A DNA stretch of 62,480 nt, the filler included. It is 3 parts of 3 records of this genome, joined end to end, with 100 filler letters (N's around TTAATTAATTAA, not from the genome) between each part and the next. Parts side by side here need not be neighbours in the genome. Positions count along the whole stretch, not along the records: positions 1 to 27,653 come from DRR378314_126; 2 more parts are not named here. The stretch is one strand, 5' to 3'. The notes beneath the pieces are model-generated. The model was not told the origin of the DNA. It was given only the letters and a program-made list of their open reading frames with translations, and did no database searches. The position numbers and the translations under genes are program-made. Of the stretch, positions 17,083 through 26,241 are shown in pieces; within the stretch, counting starts at the first letter, position 1; each line of letters starts with the position of its first letter.

Positions 17083-18345
17083 ATGGCGCGCAAAAACGCT
17101 TTCTACGCTCAGTCCGGTGGTGTCACCGCCGTGATCAACGCATCCGCCGCCGGGGTGATCGAAGCCGCCCGGGAGAACAAGCAGACCATCGGCAAGGTCT
17201 ACGCCGGCCGCAACGGCATCATCGGCGCCCTCACCGAAGACCTGATCGACACCGGCAAAGAAAGCAAAAGCGCCATCGAAGCGCTCAAGCACACCCCCGG
17301 CGGCGCCTTCGGCTCCTGCCGCTACAAGCTCAAGGACCTGGAAAGTTCACGCCGCGAGTACGAGCGGCTGATCGAAGTGTTCAAGGCCCACAACATCGGC
17401 TACTTCTTCTACAACGGCGGCGGCGACTCCGCCGACACCTGCCTGAAGATTTCCCAGCTGTCGGAAAAAATGGGCTACCCGATTCAGGCCATCCACGTGC
17501 CCAAAACCGTGGACAACGACCTGCCGATCACCGACGTCAGCCCGGGCTTCGGCTCGGTGGCCAAATACACCGCCGTGAGCTGCCGCGAAGCCTCTCTGGA
17601 CGTGGCCAGCATGTGCGCCACCTCCACCAAGGTGTTCGTGATGGAAGTGATGGGCCGCCACGCCGGCTGGATCGCCGCCAGCGCCGGCCTCGCCAAGGAC
17701 AACCCGGACGACGCCCCGCACATCATCCTGTTCCCGGAAATCGCCTTTGACCGGAAGGCGTTCCTGAAGAAAGTCGACGACACCGTCAAGAAAGTGGGCT
17801 ACTGCGTGATCGTGGTCTCCGAAGGCGCGCGCACCGCCGACGGCACCTTCCTGGCCGACGCCGGCACCACCGACGCCTTCGGCCACAAGCAGCTCGGCGG
17901 CGTGGCCCCGGTGCTGGCACAGATGGTGAAAAGCGAGCTGGGCTATAAATACCACTGGGCGGTGAGCGACTACCTGCAGCGCGCGGCCCGTCATATCGCT
18001 TCCAAGACCGACGTGGACCAGGCCTACGCCGTGGGCCGCGCCGCCGTGGAATTCGCCGTCGCCGGCAAAAACGCGGTGATGCCCACGATTGTCCGCAAGG
18101 ACACAAAAAAGTACGCCTGGACCATCGGCGAGGCACCGCTCAGCAAAGTGGCCAACGTGGAAAAGAAGATGCCGCGCAAGTTCATCAGCAAGGACGGCTT
18201 CGGCATCACCCCCTCCGGCCGCGCCTACCTGGAACCGCTGATCGGCGGCGAATCCTACCCGCCCTACAAGAACGGCCTGCCCCAGTTCGCGCAGCTCAAG
18301 CTGGTGGCCGTGCCGAAGAAGCTCAACGACGCCTTCGAGGTGTAG
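17083..18345 (+). CDS. pfp: 6-phosphofructokinase, probably PPi-dependent
   Basis: YAQSGGVTAVIN, NGGGDS, PKTVDND and EVMGRHAGW motifs. Asp and Lys occupy the two donor-specificity positions. AGGAGG RBS. Confidence 0.88.
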   Translation: MARKNAFYAQSGGVTAVINASAAGVIEAARENKQTIGKVYAGRNGIIGALTEDLIDTGKESKSAIEALKHTPGGAFGSCRYKLKDLESSRREYERLIEVFKAHNIGYFFYNGGGDSADTCLKISQLSEKMGYPIQAIHVPKTVDNDLPITDVSPGFGSVAKYTAVSCREASLDVASMCATSTKVFVMEVMGRHAGWIAASAGLAKDNPDDAPHIILFPEIAFDRKAFLKKVDDTVKKVGYCVIVVSEGARTADGTFLADAGTTDAFGHKQLGGVAPVLAQMVKSELGYKYHWAVSDYLQRAARHIASKTDVDQAYAVGRAAVEFAVAGKNAVMPTIVRKDTKKYAWTIGEAPLSKVANVEKKMPRKFISKDGFGITPSGRAYLEPLIGGESYPPYKNGLPQFAQLKLVAVPKKLNDAFEV

Positions 18346-18352
18346 GTTGCAA

Positions 18353-18378
18353 TGGGCCGCCCTGGACCGGGCGGCCCA
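18353..18378. terminator. Hairpin between convergent pfp and RDD genes
   Basis: TGGGCCGCCC-TGGACC-GGGCGGCCCA. Confidence 0.6.
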
Positions 18379-18390
18379 ATGAGGACTGGG

Positions 18391-18846
18391 CTATCGGCAT
18401 CGGATGACATAGGTATCCGGGATGCTGTCATGCCAGCCGCGTCCATCGTCGCCCAAAAAGGAAAAGGCCTCGAACGGAATAAACCTGGCCAGTGATCGAC
18501 CCAATATTTGCTTGAAAGACGGCGTCCCTCCTGCCGCATTCACCACCCGGGTTCCGGTAACCAATTTGCCCAGTGTCCGCCCGGTGGCGCCCTCAACGAG
18601 GATGTAATAGGCGAGAGGTACGAGAATACCTATGGTGAAGCCGGAACCGCCTTCGAGCCAGTGCGCGTTCTCCATGCCAAAGACATAGATAATAACCATC
18701 CCCACCACCAGGCCTAAAACCCAAAAGGCAATATAGTCGATAAGCAAGTTGAGCAAGCGAAGCCACTTGCTCGCGGGCTCCACTTTATAATTTTGCTCGC
18801 CCAGAACAGTCTGAGTGGCCTCGTATGGCGACATAGAGTTCGTCAT
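18391..18846 (-). CDS. RDD-family membrane protein (low-GC)
   Basis: ASKWLRLLNLLID, GRTLGKLVTGTRVV, ILGRSLAR and GWHDSIPDTYV motifs. AAGGAG RBS before ATG 18846. Confidence 0.85.
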   Translation of the reverse strand: MTNSMSPYEATQTVLGEQNYKVEPASKWLRLLNLLIDYIAFWVLGLVVGMVIIYVFGMENAHWLEGGSGFTIGILVPLAYYILVEGATGRTLGKLVTGTRVVNAAGGTPSFKQILGRSLARFIPFEAFSFLGDDGRGWHDSIPDTYVIRCR

Positions 18847-18919
18847 TATTCTCTCCTTAGTAAACGCGCCTGATGCACAAAATAGCACCCCTGCGTAAAG
18901 GCGCCCATGCTTCGCGATA

Positions 18920-18938
18920 GAGAATGCAAGCAATTCTC
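18920..18938 (+). promoter_or_regulatory. Putative Fur box
   Basis: GAGAATGCAAGCAATTCTC matches GATAATGATAATCATTATC at 12 of 19 positions with palindromic ends. A TAGAAT -10 element follows at 18947-18952, upstream of a siderophore receptor. Confidence 0.65.
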
Positions 18939-18993
18939 ATTTTGGGTAGAATTCCGCCCCGGAACTACCCATAACTCGAATTCGGGGCTCACC

Positions 18994-21165
18994 ATGCGAC
19001 ATCCTGCTTTCCGGCTTTCCGCGCTTTCCCTCGCCATTCTCGCCAGCGGCGCCTTTCCCAGCGCCTACGCGCAAACCAGCGACGACGAAGGCAGCGGCGG
19101 CAACACCCTGGCCCCGGTGGAGGTGCAATCCAGCGCCGATGCCTCCGAGGGCGGCCTGAGCCCGGCCTACGCCGGCGGCCAGGTGGCGGAAGGCGGCAGC
19201 ATCGGCATCCTGGGCGCTCAGGACGTTATGGAGACCCCCTACAACGTCACCAACTACACCGAGCAGCTGATCGAAGACCAGCAGGCCGCCAGCGTCGGCG
19301 AGATTCTGCTCAACGACCCGGCGGTGCGGGTGGCGCGCGGCTTCGGCAACTACCAGCAGGTGTACCTGGTGCGCGGCCTGCCGGTGTATTCGGACGACAT
19401 CACCTATAACGGCCTGTACGGCCTGCTGCCGCGCCAGTACCTGGCGTCGGAGTTCATCGAGCGGGTGCAGGTGTTCCGTGGCGCCAACACCTTCCTGAAG
19501 GGCGCGGCGCCGGGCGGCAGTGGCCTGGGCGGCGCCGTCAACATCGTGCCCAAGCGCGCGCCGAACCGGGCACTCAACCAGGTGACCCTGGGCACCCAGA
19601 GCGGCGGCCAGGGCTACGCCGCCGCCGATATGGCCAACCGCTCCGACGACGGCCGCTTCGGCATTCGTCTGAACGTGGCCCGCCGCGACGGCGACACCGC
19701 CGTGGATGGCGAGGAAGCGGAGCTGTCCATGGCCCACCTCGGCATGGACTTCCGTGAAGAGGATTTCCGGGTGTCCGCCGATCTGGGCTTCCAGAAGCAC
19801 CGCATCGACGGCGGCCAGCCTAACATTACCTTTCTTCCCGGCGTGCCGATCACCGATGCACCCGACGCGGATGAATCCATCGGCCAGCCCTGGACCTATT
19901 CGGACTCCAACGACGTCTTCGGCACACTCCGCGCCGAGTATGACTTCGCGGACAACATAACCGGCTGGGCCGCCGTGGGCGCGCGCCGGGGTGAGGAAAA
20001 TTCAAGTTTCGCAAATCCCGATGTTGCCAATGCTGAAGGCGACTACACCGCGGGCCGCTTTGATACCGCACGGGAAGACACTGTGATCACCGGCGAGACC
20101 GGTGTTCGCTTCGCCTTCGACACCGGCAACATTGGCCATAAGGTCAGCTTTTCCGGCTCCACCTATGAGCTCGAATCCGACAATGCCTATGGGCTTTCGT
20201 TCGGCGGGGTGGCTGGCAATATCTATGACCCGGTAACAGTGCCCCGCCCGGCAAATACATTCTTCGGCGGCGATCTTGATAACCCCGAACTGACGGCGCG
20301 AACCCGCTTCCAAAGCCTGGCGGTGGCCGACCAACTTTCCATGTTTGATGAGCGTCTGCTGGTCACTCTCGGCGCGCGTTACCAGAAGCTGAAAACCGAC
20401 GATTACGACTACGACACTGGCGTGCGCAATGCAGACACCAGCTACGACGAAGACGAGATCACGCCGACCGTAGGGGTTCTGTACAAGCTCACGCCCTCAC
20501 TGTCCGCCTACGCGAACTACATTGAAGGCCTGCAAAAAGGCGACAGCGCCGGCCTTGGCAATGGTGCCGTGAACCCCAACGAGAGGCTGGATCCCTACAC
20601 CACCGAACAAGCCGAGGTCGGCATGAAGTATGATGGCGGCGGCTTGGGCGGCAGTGTGTCGGTGTATCGCAGCGAGAAGCCGATCGCCGGCCTCAACGCC
20701 GCCAACGTTTATGAAGTAATCGACGACCAGGAAAACACCGGCGTGGAGCTGATGGCCTACGGCAACGCCACCCGGAACCTGACGGTGCTGGGCGGTGTCA
20801 GCTTCCTGGACGCGGACGTGGACGGCAACGACGCCATCGGCTCGCCGGACACCCAGGCCAACCTGAACCTGGAATACCGGGTACCGCAGCTGCCGGACCT
20901 GGCCGTGGACGGCCGCGTGATCTACACCAGCTCGCAGTACGCGGACGAAGCCAACGAGCAGAAGGTGGACAGCTGGACCCGTCTGGACCTGGGCGCGCGC
21001 TACCTGATCGCCCTCGGCGACAGCAAGTTCCTGACCCTGCGCGGCCGGGTGGAGAACGTCACCGGCGAAGACTACTGGGCCTCCGCCGGCGGCTTCCCGG
21101 GCGCCGGCTACCTGACCATCGGCGCACCGCGCACCGTGCTGGTGTCCGCCACCCTGGACTTTTAA
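18994..21165 (+). CDS. TonB-dependent siderophore receptor
   Basis: Signal peptide, TonB box-like TLAPVEVQS, plug motifs (ETPYNV, VRGLP, IERVQVFRGA, GGAVNIVPKRA) and C-terminal GAPRTVLVSATLDF. Confidence 0.93.
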   Translation: MRHPAFRLSALSLAILASGAFPSAYAQTSDDEGSGGNTLAPVEVQSSADASEGGLSPAYAGGQVAEGGSIGILGAQDVMETPYNVTNYTEQLIEDQQAASVGEILLNDPAVRVARGFGNYQQVYLVRGLPVYSDDITYNGLYGLLPRQYLASEFIERVQVFRGANTFLKGAAPGGSGLGGAVNIVPKRAPNRALNQVTLGTQSGGQGYAAADMANRSDDGRFGIRLNVARRDGDTAVDGEEAELSMAHLGMDFREEDFRVSADLGFQKHRIDGGQPNITFLPGVPITDAPDADESIGQPWTYSDSNDVFGTLRAEYDFADNITGWAAVGARRGEENSSFANPDVANAEGDYTAGRFDTAREDTVITGETGVRFAFDTGNIGHKVSFSGSTYELESDNAYGLSFGGVAGNIYDPVTVPRPANTFFGGDLDNPELTARTRFQSLAVADQLSMFDERLLVTLGARYQKLKTDDYDYDTGVRNADTSYDEDEITPTVGVLYKLTPSLSAYANYIEGLQKGDSAGLGNGAVNPNERLDPYTTEQAEVGMKYDGGGLGGSVSVYRSEKPIAGLNAANVYEVIDDQENTGVELMAYGNATRNLTVLGGVSFLDADVDGNDAIGSPDTQANLNLEYRVPQLPDLAVDGRVIYTSSQYADEANEQKVDSWTRLDLGARYLIALGDSKFLTLRGRVENVTGEDYWASAGGFPGAGYLTIGAPRTVLVSATLDF

Positions 21166-21177
21166 ACGACAACTCAG

Positions 21178-21202
21178 GCGCCCCGGTATCAAACCGGGGC
21201 GC
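21178..21202. other. Intergenic stem-loop between the receptor and PepSY genes (possible mRNA stabiliser)
   Basis: GCGCCCCGGT-ATCAA-ACCGGGGCGC with no U-tract. Confidence 0.5.
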
Positions 21203-21216
21203 TCAGGCAGTCAAAC

Positions 21217-22374
21217 ATGCAACAGAGCACCATCCGCGCCTGGTCGGCGGTACACAAATGGACCAGCCTGATCTGCACGGCCTTCATACTGATGCTGTGC
21301 CTGACCGGCCTGCCGCTGATCTTCCACGACGAGATCGACGCGGCATTGGACGACAGCACCTGGCAACCGGCCAATCCGGACGGCCCGCTGTTGTCACTGG
21401 ACCGCATGCTGGACGCGGCGCTGGAAAACCGGCCCGATCACGTGCCGCTGTTCATGAGCTTCGACACCGACCGGCCGGTGGTGAACGTCACCAGCGGGCC
21501 GACGCCGGACGCCTCCGACGGCGAGATGCATTTCGCCTCCTTCGACCGCACCAGCGGCGAGCTGGTCCCCGGCCACCACGAAGGCGGCGTGATGGACTTC
21601 ATCCTGAAGCTGCACACGGACATGTTCCTGGGCCTGCCCGGCATGCTGTTCCTGGGGGCGATGGGCTTTTTGCTGTTTATCGCCATCGTGTCCGGCGTGG
21701 TGCTGTACGCGCCGTTCATGCGCAAGCTGGATTTCGGCACCCTGCGCACCGAACGCTCCAAACGCATCAAATGGCTCGATTATCACAATCTGCTGGGCGT
21801 GGTCACCGTGGCCTGGCTCACCGTGGTGGGGCTCACCGGCGTGATCAACACGCTCTCCACCCCGATCGTGGACACCTGGCGCACCCAGGCCCTGGCCGAC
21901 CTCACCGAGGGCTACAAAGACGCCGCCGTGCCCACCCCGGATGAAATGGCGTCGCTGGACCGCGCCGTGGCCCAGGCCGAAGAGGCGGCGCCGGACATGA
22001 CGCTGCAGTTCGTCGCCTTCCCCGGCGGCGGCTGGTCCACCGACCACCACTTCGCGATCTTCCTGCACGGCAACACCTCGCTGACCGAACACATCATCAC
22101 CCCGGCTCTGGTGGACGCCCGCAGCGGTGAATTCGCCGACATGCGCGAAATGCCCTGGTACAACAAAACCCTGTCACTGTCCGGCCCGCTGCACTTCGGC
22201 GACTACGGCGGCCTGCCGCTGAAAATTCTCTGGGCGGTGCTGGATGTGATCACCATCGTGGTGCTGATCACCGGCCTCTACCTGTGGGTGGCGCGCCGCC
22301 GCGCCAGCCCGGCCGGCGCCCGCGCACGGAACGGCGCCGCCGTGCCGGTACAGCCCGCCGGAGGCAAGCCCTGA
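21217..22374 (+). CDS. PepSY-associated TM helix protein (iron-uptake membrane protein)
   Basis: VHKWTSL...LTG, LKLHTDM, DYHNLLG and PLHFGDYGGLPLKILW motifs with conserved TM histidines. Confidence 0.9.
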   Translation: MQQSTIRAWSAVHKWTSLICTAFILMLCLTGLPLIFHDEIDAALDDSTWQPANPDGPLLSLDRMLDAALENRPDHVPLFMSFDTDRPVVNVTSGPTPDASDGEMHFASFDRTSGELVPGHHEGGVMDFILKLHTDMFLGLPGMLFLGAMGFLLFIAIVSGVVLYAPFMRKLDFGTLRTERSKRIKWLDYHNLLGVVTVAWLTVVGLTGVINTLSTPIVDTWRTQALADLTEGYKDAAVPTPDEMASLDRAVAQAEEAAPDMTLQFVAFPGGGWSTDHHFAIFLHGNTSLTEHIITPALVDARSGEFADMREMPWYNKTLSLSGPLHFGDYGGLPLKILWAVLDVITIVVLITGLYLWVARRRASPAGARARNGAAVPVQPAGGKP

Positions 22375-22568
22375 TGGACTCGCAACGGATCCAAGCCCGC
22401 AAGACCCCCTGGCAGATCTTCGCCACACCGACACTGATCGCGCTGTTGAGCCTGGTCGGCCTGCTGGCCGCCCTGCTCGGCAACGGCGTGTTCGACTGGG
22501 TGTCCTGGGTGGGCCTGGCGGCCCCGGTGGTGATTGTCGGCTGGGCCATGAAGGCCCGCCGCCGCTGA
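22374..22568 (+). CDS. Small two-TM membrane protein coupled to the PepSY gene
   Basis: TGATG stop/start overlap. 64 aa, IFATPTLIALLSLVGLLAALLGNGVFDWVSWVGL. Confidence 0.75.
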   Translation: MDSQRIQARKTPWQIFATPTLIALLSLVGLLAALLGNGVFDWVSWVGLAAPVVIVGWAMKARRR

Positions 22569-22590
22569 GCCAGGTCGGACGGCCCGCGCC

Positions 22591-23484
22591 TCAACGGCCC
22601 AGGTTCGAGTACAGGCTCAGCCCGGTGACCGTCACCAGAATCAGGACCAGACCCAGGATCTGCAGCGCGGCCAGGGTTTCCCCCAGCACCAGAACGCCGA
22701 ACAACGACGCGGTGACCGGCTCGACCATGGCGACGATCGCCGCCAGGGTGGGCGCGGTGCGCTTCAGGCCCACCACATAAAACGCGAACGACAGCCCGGC
22801 GCCGAGCACCCCGAGCAGCGCGAACAGCCACCACTGCGGGGCGTTCAACACGGCCACCACCTGCGTCGTGTCGCTCGCCCCGAGCAGAATCACGCCGGCA
22901 CAGGCCAACGCGATGGTAAGCACCGCCTGCGGGCTGCCGTGGCCGGCGGCGTATTTGAAGCCGTAGATAAAAACGCTGTAGGACACCCCCGCCAGCAGCC
23001 CGAAGCCGATACCCGCCGCCGTCACCTTGCCGACATCCACGTTGTACAGCCGGGTGAGCAGCACGATGCCGAGCATCACCAGGGCGATGGCCAGCCCTTT
23101 GGCCGGCGTGGGCCGCTCCAGCTTGAAGCCGAACGCCACCAGGTAGACGAACACCGGCGCCGAGTACATCAGCGTGGCCGCCACCGCGACGCCGCCTTCG
23201 GCGATACTGAGAAAGTAGAAGCTGAAGTTGCCCGCCACCCCCAGGCCGGCCAGGACCGCCCACAGCCACAGGCGGGGATGCCGGATACCGCTGCCGCCGG
23301 GGCGAATGGCGAGGTAAACACCCACCAGCACCAGCCCGACCGCCGCTCTGTAAAACGACACCACCGAGGCGTCCCAGCCCTGCTCGATCAGTATCCCGGC
23401 GATGCCGCCTGAGACGCCCCAACACAGCGCCGCCAATGCCACCAGCACCAAGCCGATGCCGGGCACCGTTTGTCCGCTCCGCAT
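22591..23484 (-). CDS. DMT/EamA-family transporter
   Basis: About 10 TMs in two EamA repeats: LAALCWG, TLMYSAPVFV, AMVEPVTASLFGVLVLGE. Alternative start at 23496. Confidence 0.9.
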   Translation of the reverse strand: MRSGQTVPGIGLVLVALAALCWGVSGGIAGILIEQGWDASVVSFYRAAVGLVLVGVYLAIRPGGSGIRHPRLWLWAVLAGLGVAGNFSFYFLSIAEGGVAVAATLMYSAPVFVYLVAFGFKLERPTPAKGLAIALVMLGIVLLTRLYNVDVGKVTAAGIGFGLLAGVSYSVFIYGFKYAAGHGSPQAVLTIALACAGVILLGASDTTQVVAVLNAPQWWLFALLGVLGAGLSFAFYVVGLKRTAPTLAAIVAMVEPVTASLFGVLVLGETLAALQILGLVLILVTVTGLSLYSNLGR

Positions 23485-23554
23485 AACCACTCCCATCCTT
23501 GGTAGCCGGCGCGCGCCGGGTTACAACCACCCGGCGTCTCGCTAACATCGCCCC

Positions 23555-24184
23555 ATGAAAACATTGATGGCCGCCCTGGTAACAGCGTTGCTGATCACAC
23601 TGGCGCCGGAGGACGCGCGCGCCGGCGACGAGACCGCCACGGTGCTGGTGGTGCGCCACCGCTGGCACACCGGCATTGTGCTGCCGGCGGATCGGCTGGC
23701 GCCGCCGCTGGCGTTCCTGGACGAGCGGTTCAGTGACCCGGTGTGGTACGAAATCGGCTGGGGTGACAACGACTTCTATCGCCGCACGGACAACCTCTGG
23801 CTGCTGGGCAAGGCGCTGTTCTGGCCCACCGACACGGTGCTGCACGTGGTCGGGCTGGACAAACACCCGGCGGACCTGCCGAACAGCGACGTGCAGGCAC
23901 TGTGCCTGTCCGCCGAGGGCCTGGAACGGTTGCAGGCCGCCTTGGCCGGGGATTTCAAACTGGACGCCGACGGCCGGCCCCTGGCGGCGGACCCGGGCCT
24001 GTACGGCGACAGCCGTTTCTTTCCCGCCCGGGGCCATTTCTGGTTCGGGCGCACCTGCAACACCTGGACCGCCCAGCGGCTGCGCGACGGCGGCGTGGAC
24101 ATCCGCACCTTCATGACCCTGCGCGCCAAGAGCGTGATGGCGCAGATCCGTGATCACGGGCAGGCCGGTGCCTGCGTGGAATAA
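23555..24184 (+). CDS. DUF2459-like exported protein
   Basis: Signal peptide plus HRWHTGIVLP, YEIGWGDNDFY, ALFWPT and RTCNTWTAQRL motifs. Confidence 0.75.
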   Translation: MKTLMAALVTALLITLAPEDARAGDETATVLVVRHRWHTGIVLPADRLAPPLAFLDERFSDPVWYEIGWGDNDFYRRTDNLWLLGKALFWPTDTVLHVVGLDKHPADLPNSDVQALCLSAEGLERLQAALAGDFKLDADGRPLAADPGLYGDSRFFPARGHFWFGRTCNTWTAQRLRDGGVDIRTFMTLRAKSVMAQIRDHGQAGACVE

Positions 24185-24244
24185 TAAGTCTCTGGTATAA
24201 AGCGGGCTTCGTAGAGACCTTAATCCAGCGAGGAGAAACAACCG

Positions 24245-24826
24245 ATGCGGAATCTGTGCGTGTATTGCGGGTCCAGCCCCGGTCGGCGGGACGACTATGT
24301 GGCGGCGGCGCGGGCGTTCGCCCGTGAGCTGGTGGCGCGGGACCTGGGGCTGGTCTACGGCGGCGCCAGTGTGGGCGTCATGGGCGCGGTGGCGGACGCG
24401 GTGCTGGCCGAGGGCGGCCGGGTTACCGGCGTGATCCCGCAAGCGCTGCAGGAGAAAGAACTGGCCCACCCGGGCCTCACCGAGCTGCACGTGACCGGCT
24501 CCATGCACGAACGCAAGACGCGCATGGCCGAGCTGGCGGACGGCTTCGTCGCCATGCCCGGCGGCGTCGGCACCCTGGAGGAGCTGTTCGAGATCTGGAC
24601 CTGGGCGCAGCTGGGCTGGCACCACAAACCCTGCGCGCTGCTCAACGTGGCCGGCTACTACGACGGCCTGGGCACCTTCCTGGATCACGCCACCGAAGAA
24701 CAATTCCTGCGCCCCCACCACCGGGGCATGCTGATCGTTGACGCCGAGCCGGCAAGGCTGCTGGACCGCATGGCCGACTACCAGCCGCCCCAGGCCAAGC
24801 AATGGGTGAAGAAAGACGAGTTGTGA
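24245..24826 (+). CDS. LOG-family nucleotide phosphoribohydrolase
   Basis: CVYCGSS, LVYGG, MHERK and PGGVGTLEELFE motifs. Confidence 0.93.
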   Translation: MRNLCVYCGSSPGRRDDYVAAARAFARELVARDLGLVYGGASVGVMGAVADAVLAEGGRVTGVIPQALQEKELAHPGLTELHVTGSMHERKTRMAELADGFVAMPGGVGTLEELFEIWTWAQLGWHHKPCALLNVAGYYDGLGTFLDHATEEQFLRPHHRGMLIVDAEPARLLDRMADYQPPQAKQWVKKDEL

Positions 24827-24832
24827 CGGGCT

Positions 24833-24967
24833 GTGGGAGTGGGCTTTTGTGGGAGCGGGCCTAGCCCGCGAAAGGCCGGCCTGCCGGCCGGCAAAGGTCG
24901 CCCTTAAGAGTCTCTGGAATCCTGCCGGTGGCTGCCGCCACCTTTCGCGGGCGAGGCCCGCTCCCAC
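24833..24967. repeat. Inverted pair of GTGG-type REP elements (REPIN/BIME-like)
   Basis: GTGGGAGCGGGCCTAGCCCGCGAA (24849-24872), an inverted copy at 24944-24967 and a partial copy at 24833. The same family recurs at 27595-27653. Confidence 0.85.
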
Positions 24968-26241
24968 AGATCACCCTCGCCCCTGGCGTGGTTGAGCAGA
25001 TCGTCCACATATTCCTGTTCTTCGTGGAGGTCGTCGGTGGTGGCCGGGGCGGCGGGCAGAATCTGATTCAGAATCACCGCCACCAGACCGCACAGGCTGA
25101 TGCCCTGCAGGGTGAATTCGCCGTTGCCCATCACCATGCCGCCGATGCCGAAGATCAGCGTCACCGCCACGATCACCAGGTTGCGCTGGGCGTGCAGATC
25201 CACGCGCGCCTTGATCAGGGTGTTCATGCCGACGCTGGCGATGGAGCCGAACATCAGGATCAGAATGCCGCCCATCACCGGCGTGGGGATGCTCTGCAGC
25301 AGCAGGCCCACCTTGCCGATGAACGCCAGGCTGATGGCGAACACCGCGGTCCAGGTCATCACCACCGGGTTGAACACCTTGGTGAGCATCACCGCGCCGG
25401 TCACTTCCGAATAGGTGGTGTTGGGCGGGCCGCCGAACAGGGCGGCGGCCATGCTGGCGACGCCGTCGCCGGTGAGGGTGCGGTGCAGGCCGGGCTTCTT
25501 GATGTAGTCCTTGCCGGTGACGTTGCTGATCGCCAGCACGTCGCCCACGTGTTCGATGGCCGGGGCCAGTGCCACCGGCACCATGAACAGAATCGCCGGC
25601 CAGTGGAAGGTGGGCGCCACGAACTCCGGCACCGCCAGCCAGCTCGCCTGTTGCACGGCACCGAAATCCACCATGCCCAGGGCCAGCGCGGCCAGATAAC
25701 CGACCACCACGCCGCACAGGATCGGCAGCAGCCGGAACAGCCCGTGGGCCAGGGTCGCCACCAGCATGGTGGTGAGCAGCGCCACCATCGACACCAGCAG
25801 GGCCTCGCCGTAGGGAAACACCCGCTCGGCGCCGTTGCCGGTCAGCCCCATGGCGAAGTTCACCGCCGTAGGCGCCAGGCTCAGACCGATCACCATGATG
25901 ATCGGCCCGGTGACCACCGGCGGCATCAGCCGGTGCAGAAAGCCCGGGCCGCGCCACTTCACCAGGGCGCCCAGCACCACATAGACCACCGCGGTGCAGA
26001 ACAGCGCGCCCATGGTGGCGGGAATGCCCCACTGCTCGACGCCGTGGGCGATGGGCGCCACGAACACGAACGACGACGCCAGGAACACCGGCACCGAACG
26101 GCGCGTGATCCACTGGAACAACAGGGTGCCGAGCCCGGCGGTGAACAGCGCCACGCTCGGGTCCAGGCCGGTGAGCAGCGGCATCAGCACCATGGCGCCG
26201 AACGCCACGAACAGCATTTGGGCGCCGATCAGAATATTCAT
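24904..26241 (-). CDS. uraA: Uracil permease (NCS2 family)
   Basis: [38 protein letters not shown] and [10 protein letters not shown] motifs; directly downstream of upp. Confidence 0.92.
   Translation of the reverse strand: MNILIGAQMLFVAFGAMVLMPLLTGLDPSVALFTAGLGTLLFQWITRRSVPVFLASSFVFVAPIAHGVEQWGIPATMGALFCTAVVYVVLGALVKWRGPGFLHRLMPPVVTGPIIMVIGLSLAPTAVNFAMGLTGNGAERVFPYGEALLVSMVALLTTMLVATLAHGLFRLLPILCGVVVGYLAALALGMVDFGAVQQASWLAVPEFVAPTFHWPAILFMVPVALAPAIEHVGDVLAISNVTGKDYIKKPGLHRTLTGDGVASMAAALFGGPPNTTYSEVTGAVMLTKVFNPVVMTWTAVFAISLAFIGKVGLLLQSIPTPVMGGILILMFGSIASVGMNTLIKARVDLHAQRNLVIVAVTLIFGIGGMVMGNGEFTLQGISLCGLVAVILNQILPAAPATTDDLHEEQEYVDDLLNHARGEGDLWERASPAKGGGSHRQDSRDS

Noticed and set aside
22268-24967. 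899-aa minus-strand ORF and other long overlapping ORFs (12767-14332, 45849-47504, 54738-56561, 59283-61568)
   Set aside because: Stop-poor shadow frames typical of high-GC DNA; they overlap well-supported genes and show no recognisable motifs.
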